Translations under genes and position numbers: made by a program
The notes under the pieces: model-generated
Seen by the model: the letters and a program-made list of their open reading frames with translations, nothing else
Told to the model about the DNA's origin: nothing
Databases searched by the model: none
Part shown: positions 28,701 through 40,500 of the stretch, piece after piece
How positions within the stretch are numbered: the first letter of the stretch is position 1
How the letters are laid out: every line of letters starts with the position of its first letter
DNA from: Octopus bimaculoides
Lineage: Eukaryota
Reading direction: 5' to 3'
Length of the DNA: 64,000 nucleotides
NCBI RefSeq assembly: GCF_001194135.2
Contig: NC_068997.1
Span: 9,067,244-9,131,243 of the forward strand

Positions 28701-31700
28701 CAACAGTATTACTGATGGTATACTGAGTGTATGAGGAAACAATTTAAATCTCATTTTTTCCCCACAAAACGAGTGCCCTTATTCATGAGTACATCTTATT
28801 CGCTAAGAAGTTGAGTAAAGTGTTAAAAACATCATTGACACTAAGATTTATTTTATAACAAAGTCTTAATTCCCAATTAAATTATTTCTCTGTCTTTACT
28901 TAATTTTTCAGTTAAGTGTTTATAGTGTGAGAGACTAGAAGCCAGACTTATTAACAATGAAGTTATTAGAAAAATCATAAATCATAAACACATTTCAAAT
29001 AATGAATTCTATAACACCTATTGTTAATTAGTCTTCATGCTTCAAATACGATATTCATATGAGAAGAAAGCAACAAAACTGAAGACTTGTGTGAAGTCTC
29101 AAGAAACTTGTACTTTAAGTTTTAAAAACATGATTGCACACTAACAATAACAATATCTGGTTAGCGGTTGTAGCAGAATTAGTGACACTTGCATTAACAT
29201 TCCGAAGTGTAAATTCGTACCATAGCCACCGAAAATGTGATAGATCAAAGTTTGTGGGTCTCATCAGGAAGCCTTTTCTTTTACAAGTACACTCATGGCT
29301 GTATGGTTCACAAGGTGTGTGGTTAGGGCATTTAGCTCACAATTATAAGGTTGTGAGTTTGATTCCCAGTAATGCACTGTTTCCTTAAGCAAGACACTTT
29401 ATTTCCCATTGCTCCAGTGCACTCAGCTGGCAAAAATAAGTAGTACCTGTAATTCAATGGAAGTCTTGTCACATTCAGTGTCACACTGAATCTCTGAGAA
29501 TTACTTTAAGGGTACGTTAAGGTGTTTGTGGAGTGCTCAGCCACTTGCACGTTAATTTCATGACTGTTCCATTGGCTGGATCAACTGGGTCCCTCGTCAT
29601 GGTAACTGATGGAGTGCCAGTTGTTTCTTTTAATGGTTCACAATCATGTAGATTTTGTTTCAAATTCACTGTGTGCCACTTTGAACATGTGTCCTGAGCT
29701 GTAACCTTCTGATGACTAATATATTGTGATAAAATTTAGATGGAAATTGTATGAAAGCCTGCGAAACACACACAAGATCCCGTAAGAACCTTATGATTTT
29801 TAATTGAATACAACATTGGCATACAAAAAATATTCAACAAGCTTTATTGCCGAAATGTATAAAACAATATGTAACATATATTCATTAACAACTGTTCATT
29901 TAGTCTTGAAAATGATATCATCCAAGTACTTTCAAATATTTCACTAACCTACTTGTAACCTAACCTGGAAGTTCTGCATTGTGTATTGTACTGTCTTGAA
30001 GTATTATTGTAATTTCACTTACATCTGATGTACTAAATGTATGTTTATTTACAGTAATATAAAATGTGACAATGTTTATTATATAAAATTTGTAGTCCTT
30101 TGCAAAACTATCATTGTTTACATTCTTTTATAATTTTATGACAAATAATCAGATATCATGTCAGTTCATAAAAAAAAAAGGTGCTCTATCCTAAAGTGAT
30201 AACATTTAAATTGACAATGATAAAATCAAGATAGACAACAATGTAATCCTGACAGAAGATAATGAAATTGAGGTGGACAATGATGAATTTGAGTTTGGCA
30301 TTGACAAAGTTGAAGTTGATAATGAGGAATTTGAGAGGGAATCTTTGTAAGTGTTTGAAGTTGTCAAATACATTCTTCTTCATATCATCTTTTAGCAACT
30401 CTTTCAGCTTCAAATAGAACTTTCTGGAAATTAAGCTTGGCTATTTCTGTAGTTGTGATGCATCTTTAGATCTGCAATAAACTCAGCCCAATTCAGATTA
30501 CATATGAATGTAATGAACAGATCTGTTTTTCCACAGAAGTGAAAAGGGTTCATTGAATCCCCCAAAATGTTTTTTGTAGAATCTACCATCTCCAATGAAA
30601 GTAGAGAGAGGTACAACAAAGCTACCCATACAGCAATTTGAGTATCACTCTGAACTTGGCTCTTCATGTCTTGTAACATTCTGCTTCTCATTCCTGCTGA
30701 AATTTTGGAATCCATTCTTCAAATTTGCAATAACTATTGACAATGTCCTCTTGTGATAACTTTCCATAGAACTGAAACATTTTAAAACTACTGACTTGAT
30801 GCATCACTTTATATTCATAATAGTTCAGTTGGATAATATTTATTATTATTATTATTATTATTCACATTCAAGAGCATCATACCACAACCTTTCCTTTTAA
30901 CCATTTTGTTACCATATTTCTGTTGAGATACTCCGTGTTTCTTTCAATTAATTTGAAATATAACAAAGAATTTAATAAAATAATACAGTTATCATTAAGC
31001 CAGTGTTAGAACCATATATTATGACTAAAGTTTGGTGGAAAATATTAATTCAGAACTTTTGTAAACAGGACATTTGTACCACAAAGCCAGAGATGGTTTC
31101 AGCCGGTATCAAAATGGTCAAGGAAAGAAAGAAAAAACAAATGCAAAGGACCATAATCCTGATTCCTGTTGTCTAATACAGGGGTTTTCAAACTTTTTGA
31201 CTTGCGGACCCCTTTATATTTCAGGCTTTACTTTAGGGACTCCCTTATAAACGCTTATGAAATTTATACATAAATATTTGCTTAAAATAACATATATTTT
31301 TACATTTATTTATTTAACAAATAGGTTTATTGTCAATTAAAAAGATTTCGATTAAAAAACATATATAGAATCAAATTGCCCATAAAAAGTATTTGCTGTC
31401 CACAGACCCCCGGTCTTGTCCTTGCGGACCCCCTGTGGTCCGCGGACCACAGTTTGAAAACCCCTGGTCTAATACACTGAAAACACTGATCATGTTTACA
31501 TAAAATGATACCATGCCAGTATATCCTTTACTATTTGCTCCAAATAGGAAGGCTGCTATTTCAGCAAGTGGAAAGAGCACCATAATTTCTCAAAAATTAT
31601 GGATTCACAACCTGATTGATATGTTGCACATTTACAGCTGCTAAGGGAGATAATAAGGGGTATGCAAATGTGCAACTATCATATTTTCTGGGATATAAGT

Positions 31701-32065
31701 CACATTTTTCAGACCAAAATTTACAGCCCCACCAAAAAACGTAGTTTGAGTTATACAAGACAACTTGGGAGGACCAAAAATTACTTGTGAAATACAGCAG
31801 TATTTGGCTAGAGAATGACAATGTTTGAATATCACTATACACTACATCAACTTGTATTCTAGAAAATACAATTATCATTGTGTTCATAAGACAAACAGGC
31901 TCCGCAGATGTATCAGGTTCTGTTCATTCAAGTGAAGCCTGATGTACATTCGGTGGCTTGTTTGTATGTTGATATTGTAGAAGTAAACTTAGACAAGGGT
32001 TGTTGTTTTATCAGAGATAGTTTATAGATCAGGTGACAAGTGAAATGCATCACCTTCAATTCCTC

Positions 32066-32126
<61 letters not shown>

Positions 32127-33598
32127 TACATCATATACACCACCTTTGTTTGAAACTAGATCCTGGTCATAATTTGCTCCACTTCTGAAAATTAATTGCA
32201 TTCTAAAAGTATTTAGAGCTGGCTCTTTGTTTTTATTTCTTTTTCCTGTATACATGTAATTTATTTACAACTAGACTTTAAAATAAATGCTGGGGGTAAA
32301 TTTGTTCAACTAAAATCCTTTGATGCTGTGCTCCAGCATGACTGCAGTGAAATGGCTGAAATGCATGAGGCCAAAAAGGTTAAAGGTAAAAGATAGCATG
32401 CTCCTAGAGGAAAAAACAATCAAAAAGAATAACGACATCATGTCATCGATACATATTAATATCTAGGACTCCACTCCACTTCACTCCACAAACACACATA
32501 CAAACACTTCCACACTTCTTTGTGAAACAAGTGCGAGAACCGGATTACAGGTCAAATTATTTGAAAGACCAAGGTCAAAACATGACAGACACACAAATTT
32601 ATGTCTTAATTGTATTATTTCCTTTTGTTTTTGTTTTTTGTATTTGTTACATTATTTTGTCTTTTGTGAAATTTTCAACAGAAAACTTGTGATTGTGAGA
32701 AGCTTAAGAGTTATTGGTAATGTCATAAGAAAATGTATATTATGAGAAGTAGTCAGGCAGTGTGGTAAGAAGCTTGCTTCACAACCACATGNNNNNNNNN
32801 NGGCAGTGTGGTAAGAAGCTTGCTTCACAACCACATGGTTCTGGGTTCAGTCCCACTGCATGGCGTCTTGGGCAAGTGTTTTCTATTACAGTCTCAGCCT
32901 GACCAAAGCCTTGTAAGCGGATTTGGTAGAGGGAAACTGAAAGAAGCCCGATATATATATATTGTAGAGTAGGTGTGCAGTGCCAGAACTGGCCAGTTTG
33001 AACATAAAACAGACAAAACATTTGGGGCTGGATATGGCCAGTTTAAATGCTAAAGGATTAGATACTAAAAGGGGTGCCAAAGATAAGTAACGGAGAATAT
33101 TAGGGTTAGTAATGAATTAAATTTGAATCTTTTATCCTTTGCTTGTTTCTTTTTTATAATTCCTATTTCTTATTCTATCAGTCTCTTTTGCCAAACCACT
33201 AGGTTATGGGGATATAAGCACACCAACACCAGTTGTCAAGTGCTGGTGAGTGACAAATGTAAAGACACACATGCACACACACATATACATACANNNNNNN
33301 NNNNNNNNNNNNNNNNNNNNNNNNNNNNNNNNNNNNNNNNNNNNNNNNNNNNNNNNNNNNNNNNNNNNNNNNNNNNNNNNNNNNNNNNNNNNNNNNNNNN
33401 NNNNNNNNNNNNNNNNNNNNNNNNNNNNNNNNNNNNNNNNNNNNNNNNNNNNNNNNNNNNNNNNNNNNNNNNNNNNNNNNNNNNNNNNNNNNNNNNNNNN
33501 NNNNNNNNNNNNNNNNNNNNNNNNNNNNNNNNNNNNNNNNNNNNNNNNNNNNNNNNNNNNNNNNNNNNNNNNNNTGATGATGATGATGATGATGATGA

Positions 33599-33638
<40 letters not shown>

Positions 33639-34729
33639 GTATGTATATGTGTGTGCATGTGTGTCTTTACATTTGTCACTCACCAGCACTTGACAACTGG
33701 TGTTGGTGTGCTTATATCCCCATAACCTAGTGGTTTGGCAAAAGAGACTGATAGAATAAGAAATAGGAATTATAAAAAAGAAACAAGCAAAGGATAAAAG
33801 ATTCAAATTTAATTCATTACTAACCCTAATATTCTCCGTTACTTATCTTTGGCCCCCCCCTTTTAGTATCTAATCCTTTAGCATTTAAACTGGCCATATC
33901 CAGCCCCAAATGTTTTGTCTGTTTTATGTTCAAACTGGCCAGTTCTGGCACTGCACACCTACTCTACAATGTCACTCTAAAAATATACAACCATATCATA
34001 TAAATATATAGGTGCAGGAGTAGCTGTGTGGTAAGAAGTTTGCTTCCAAACCTCATGGTTCTGGGTTCAGTCCTACTGTGTAGCACCTTGGGCAAGTGTC
34101 TTCTATTATAGCCTTGTGAGTGGATTTGGTAGATGGAAATTGAAAGAAGCCTGCCATTGTGTGTGTGTGTGTGTGTGTGTGTGTTTATGTGTCTTTGTTT
34201 CTCCCCACCGTCACCACCACTTGACAACTGGTGTTGGTCTGGTTACATCCCATAACTTAGCAGTTCGGCAAAAGGGCCTGACGGAATAAGTACAAAGTTT
34301 AAAAACAAAATAACTACTGGGGTTGATTAGCTTTACTAAAATTCTTGAAGGTGGTGCCCCAGTATGGCCACACTGTCTAATGACTGAAACAAGTAAAAGA
34401 TAAACATTATAAAATTTGAGAACAGAGGAAAATTTATTGTAATTCCCATATGCTGTCAGAAATTAGCTTTAGAGTAAAATCCAGTAGTAACAAAAATTCT
34501 TAAGAGGAAGCAACTGCAGATATTACAAGACATACAAGGAACAACGAATCTGTATAAACTAATTAGATGTATTCATAAACATGAATAAAAAAACATTAAA
34601 AAATTATCTCAAAAATATTCTCATACAAAAAGTCACAAAAGTATTTTTTTCCTTTGTAAGGTGTGGTTATGCGTGCATATAATATAATATATGTGTGTGT
34701 GTGTGTGTGTGTATTTTTGTATGTATATA

Positions 34730-34785
<56 letters not shown>

Positions 34786-35341
34786 TGGAGTAATATGGAG
34801 TGTGAGAAAAATCTTTAGTCACTTGATTCACACCAGAAAATTTAATTTATTAGTTGATATGATAATTATAATATTTCACATGAATATTTCTGTAGAAATA
34901 CTTGGGTCTATTTAATCTAAAATTACATAGTTGTATTTTGACAATCCAGTGCCACCATTGCAAGCATTGTTGCTGTGACAATTATTGTTCTTAAGACCTA
35001 ATTCCTTACAGTTGATAACCAGTTGATAATTATACAGCAGAATTAATAAATGTATAACTGTAGTTCATCACAGAGACATCACCAAAGAAAGGTACTTGAT
35101 GGTACTGGATGGTATTGCCTGCACCTTGCTTTTCAATGGTGCATCCTCAAAAATGCCCAAATATGTTACGTGGAAGATTTATCTTACATCTCATTTCAAA
35201 GTGATCTGAACGAAATTGGAACACACACACACACACTCTCACTCTCTCTCAGGATTGGTTGATGAAATAAATGTCTGTAGAGCTCATGTCAACACACAAA
35301 TATGTTTGTCAGTAAGTTGTAGTCATGTATGAATGCTTATT

Positions 35342-35394
<53 letters not shown>

Positions 35395-37529
35395 TGTGCA
35401 TATATATATATAAAATACACATTAAGTACAGGACATCACCAAAGAGTGAAAAATACGTAAATACACGAGAGAACAGTCGACGACAAAATACCAAAAGAAG
35501 ATAACTTGCTCATCAGTTGTTGACTCTTTATTGCTACCCATTTCATGGTTTTAATGACAAGATAGGAAACCTTCATAAAACAGCAGCATCCAGAAATTTA
35601 AAAGATATAAAATTTGTGGCGAGTTAGAGCTTTGAACAAACGAAAGACAGAATGGACATACAGAGTAAACAATTAACGAAGACAAACATTAAGGGCTATT
35701 AGGCCAAGATGAATGGTAATGGGTAACACCTGGGAGGAATTTTGAAAGGATATAGAATAAACAGAATAAAAGAAAATAGTAGAAAAGAAAAAAAGGTGTT
35801 GAGAGGCAACGGAAGAGGGGAATGACATCCAGCTAGATGAATGTCGCATCCAAAAAAGACAGAGTGAAAAATACATAAACACATGAAAGAAAAGTACAGG
35901 AAAAAATACCAAAAGAAGATAACTCACTCATCAGTTTTGGACTGTTTATTGCTACCCATTTCATGCTTTTAACGACAAGATAGGAAGACTTCATAAGACA
36001 GCAGCATCCAGAAATGTTTATATATATATACACACACACACACATACATGTATATATANNNNNNNNNNNNNNNNNNNNNNNNNNNNNNNNNNNNNNNNNN
36101 NNNNNNNNNNNNNNNNNNNNNNNNNNNNNNNNNNNNNNNNNNNNNNNNNNNNNNNNNNNNNNNNNNNNNNNNNNNNNNNNNNNNNNNNNNNNNNNNNNNN
36201 NNNNNNNNNNNNNNNNNNNNNNNNNNNNNNNNNNNNNNNNNNNNNNNNNNNNNNNNNNNNNNNNNNNNNNNNNNNNNNNNNNNNNNNNNNNNNNNNNNNN
36301 NNNNNNNNNNNNNNNNNNNNNNNNNNNNNNNNNNNNNNNNNNNNNNNNNNNNNNNNNNNNNNNNNNNNNNNNNNNNNNNNNNNNNNNNNNNNNNNNNNNN
36401 NNNNNNNNNNNNNNNNNNNNNNNNNNNNNNNNNNNNNNNNNNNNNNNNNNNNNNNNNNNNNNNNNNNNNNNNNNNNNNNNNNNNNNNNNNNNNNNNNNNN
36501 NNNNNNNNNNNNNNNNNNNNNNNNNNNNNNNNNNNNNNNNNNNNNNNNNNNNNNNNNNNNNNNNNNNNNNNNNNNNNNNNNNNNNNNNNNNNNNNNNNNN
36601 NNNNNNNNNNNNNNNNNNNNNNNNNNNNATATATATATATATATATATATAATGTATGTATGTATGTCTACATATATATGTTTGTGTGTCTGTGTTTGTC
36701 CCCCCACCATCACTTGACAACTGCTGTTGGTGTGTTTACCTCCCTGTAACTTAGCGGTTTGGCAAAAGAGACCAATAGAATAAGTACTAGGCTTACAAAC
36801 AATAAGTCCTGGGGTTGATTTGTTTGACTTAAGGTGGTGTTCCAGCATGGCCGCAGTCAAATGACTGAAACAACTGGAAGAGTATATTTTCTGTTTATTT
36901 AAATTTAAATTTGATTCTTGATAAATTTTTGCTCATTCAGTATTACTTGTACTGTATGAGCACAGTGTGCTTGCATTTCCAGGCACAGTTAAATGATACC
37001 AGTTGTAAGAATGGATATTCTTACCCTTACAAGGTTATTCCAACTGCTAACTATGCTTACCTTATATATATGGCCGTTGATCATTACCTTTCGTGGCCGT
37101 TGATCGTTACCAACGTCACCTCCCTGGCACGTGGAAAGACATTCGAGTGAAATCGTTGCCAGTGCCAATGGACTGGCTCCTGTGCAGGTGACACGTAAAA
37201 TACACCATTTTGATCATGGCCGTTGCCAGTAAGACGTTCGAGCGAGATCGTTGCCAGTGCCGATGGACTGGCTCCTGTGCAAGTGGCATGTAAAATACAC
37301 CATTTCGAGTGTGGCCATCGGCAGTACTGCCTGACTGGCTCTCGTGCCGGTGGCACGTAAAAACACCCACTACACTCTCAGAGTGGTTGGCGTTAGGAAG
37401 GGCATCCAGCTGTAGAAACTCTGCCAAATCAGATTGGAGCCTGGTGTCACCTCCTGGTCCACCGGCCCTCAGTCAAATCGTCCAACCCATGCTAGCATGG
37501 AAAGCGGACGTTAAACGACGATGATGATG

Positions 37530-37567
<38 letters not shown>

Positions 37568-40500
37568 GGCATTTTTCAGTGTCTGGCTACCAGATCCACT
37601 CACAAGACTTTGGTCAGCCTGAGGCCATGGTAGAAGACATTTGCCCAAGGTGCCATGCAGCGAGACTGAACATGGAACCATGTGGCTGGGGAACAAAGTT
37701 CTTACCACACATAAACCTGTCAAACATAACAATATATATATACAACATCATCAATTTCACTAACTCCTTTGTCACCAATGTTTTACTGGTTCTCCCATGA
37801 GAAAAAGAACTGACGGCAAAACTAAATCCACATCAAATGTTAAGTTCTTTTTCTTTTATTTTGAAAGGTGTGGCACATTGTAAAGACGTAGGAACATAAA
37901 GGTGTGGCACATTGTAAAGACGTAGGAACATAAAGGTGTGGCACATTGTAAAGACGTAGGAACATAAAGGTGTGTTCAATAAATGAGATAAATATTTGGA
38001 CATAGCTCTGTATAGAATTTTGGAATGAAAGCATATTGTATGGGTTAACAATGACAACAATGAAAAAAGCTGTTATAAACATTTACCTAAGTAAATAGCA
38101 AGTTCCATTCTTAATCTTTTAAAATTATACTGGTAACCAAAATATGATTAAATATATATATATATAGAATGGTTAGCACGTAAAAGCACCCACTACACTC
38201 TCGGAGTGGTTGGCGTTAGGAAGGGCATCCAGCTGTAGAAACTCTGCCAAATCAGATTGGAGCCTGGTGTAGCCATCTGGTTTCACCAGTCNNNNNNNNN
38301 NAAATCAGATTGGAGCCTGGTGTAGCCATCTGGTTTCACCAGTCTTCAGTCAAATCGTTCAACCCATGCTAGCATGGAAAGCGGACGTTAAACGATGATG
38401 ATGATATATATATTATATATGTATGTTGATGCAAACAAGAAAAATAGACTTCAAACTATGAGTATATGTATATTTTTATAAATATTTAACTGAATTAACA
38501 GAGTTACTAAAAGGTTCGAGGAATTCCAACCACGTTTCGTGGTTCGTTACCTCAACAGCTCCTTTATAGGATCCAGTGGCTAAGGACATCATTAGGAGGA
38601 ATCATGTCCCGGTTTCGGCCCCTACTCCTCTATCGTTTTCAACGTCGTGCTCACCCCCCCCCCCACCTTTCGGAGGTATTTTCAGCGCTGGTGTCCAGTG
38701 CGTTTTTTGCCTTTTTCTTTGGTTTCTTCGATGCAGCGTTAACGAATGTCAGTGGAGGGTGACCACCCTGCCAAATTTCTCTTTAAATACTTGCTGGTAG
38801 GCTCCGGCTAACTGTCACGTGACATGTTCATATTAAACTTTAAACTCCCCATCATCACTATATATGCAAGAAACTGTTCTTAAGACTGCCACATTCAGTT
38901 GGCTTATAAACATTACTATGTTCTTATATTCAAGTGTTAAATAACGGAGAAGTCAGTTTACTCAATTTTCTAAGTTACAGCATCCACAAAATTGAGTAAA
39001 CTTAAACAAAAGGGTATTTTGGTGATGGGAAACCAAAACGTTTGCTTCCAATAAACAAATTTTAGTGGAATCATTGAGGAAAGTTGGTGTATTTAATGAT
39101 TTCTTTTTGTAGCTTGTTTTTATTCCTGAGTTGATTCCATTATCGTGCTAATGATATAAATTTAACTTCTAACTGACGTTTTCTTTTCTCGTGATTCTAT
39201 ATACGAACAGGTCATGAAACTGTTTTTCTAAATTAGTAACAGGAATTGGTATTCCTTAAGCCCTATTTTTAAATAAAAGATCTACTTCTTTAAAGTGGCC
39301 CAATTTAACACATGGAATAGATTATATCGAGTCCCACCTCGGCGGGATCTGAACTAAGAAAGTTTTTAAAAATCCCGCAAGCTTACATACATCCAAACAA
39401 TTTTATCTAAACACAAGACCACATTTAATGTATATGGAAAAATTATTTTCAAACAAGCAGCTATGGAGAAGTTTTTTTTGAAAATCATCCCAATGCACAA
39501 AAAACCCCACCAGATTCATATATATTCGTAGTTTGTTGTATTCATTATTGGAATTAATTAAACAAGAAAAACTGGTTAAAAACTTGCATCAAAACTTCCC
39601 AAACTTCAAGTATTGTTTTAAGAGTATACAGTATCACAACTTTAGAAAACTCAAGTGTGTGTTGAAGATTGTTCTTCTAGTTTCAGTTTAACTTACATTA
39701 GGAGTTACGCAAGTCAGCTTTCTTGGACCAATGCTTTTTGTAATTTATTGTATTTGGTGACATAAACGACGTAATTAAAAAGGTCTCAAAAGAAAAAAGA
39801 ATAAAGAAAAAATTACTTCGTGTTCTATGGGCGAAATTGGGCTTGAATGGGCTAATTTTATCCTTGAAAGCACTCAAAGCATTTTTACCTAAAGGCTGTA
39901 TCTAATATACTTGTTCATAAAAGACTTATGAAAGGTAATTCGCTTTTCTTCTTTAAAAAGGTACGTTGATAATGAAGACAAATCTAGCCAGCAATTATCT
40001 AATTTTTTATTTCTTGTGGAGTTGAAAGAAATGCAGCTGTCACTCGCTATTCAAGAATGTTCGGTTTAGAAAATTTTAATACCAAAATACTCCTTGAATG
40101 GGACCGAAATTCCTAAAGTTTCAAATTATCTCCGACCAGAGAACTATGCTCATGTTGCTTCCAAAAGTTTTTTAATAAAACATTTAATCTGAAAGATTTT
40201 TCATTCAGAAACTTTTTGTTGAAAATATTTAAAACTATGTCCACCCTCAAACTGATTATGCCGTAGAAATTATCTGCTGGGATCCTTCTGAAAATATATT
40301 GACCATGTGTGGGAGTAAAGTTATCTTGAACTTATCGATTTTTTCGGCAGAGTCTTGGAATAGATTTCGCTACATTATGGGGAAGAAAAATGGCAAGGGA
40401 TTGAAGTATTTTCCTCGCCTTCTTTATCTATTAGTATTCCTCTATTTCATACAACAGAAATTACGATTCTGCACAATTTTGGTTTTCCATTTTTGCTCCC

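Noticed and set aside
32752-32830. Short direct duplications flanking 10-N gaps (also 38248-38345)
   Set aside because: Typical unmerged contig overlaps (assembly artifact)
33123-36860. The longest ORFs in the track (145-295 aa)
   Set aside because: They are open only because they cross N-gaps
37864-37974. CRISPR-like 34-bp direct repeats (also the 60-bp array)
   Set aside because: Units are contiguous with no unique spacers, there are no cas genes, and the context is a eukaryotic intron
38548-38592. Alternative coding first exon [14 protein letters not shown]|gt for KDELC
   Set aside because: It ends in phase 0 whereas exon 2 needs phase 2; kept only as an alternative non-coding explanation
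38509-38764. Telomerase RNA, RNase P/MRP, SRP, tRNA-Sec, U3 or spliceosomal snRNA identity for the island
   Set aside because: No CCCTAA template, no GARAGUCCCC or CR-V motifs, no SRP helix-8 motif, no UCA anticodon arm (the CCACCTTTCGG match is likely chance), and no box A'/Sm site
38745-38860. C/D snoRNA (GTGATGA at ~38858 to CTGA at ~38750, minus strand)
   Set aside because: No terminal stem and no convincing rRNA-complementary guide
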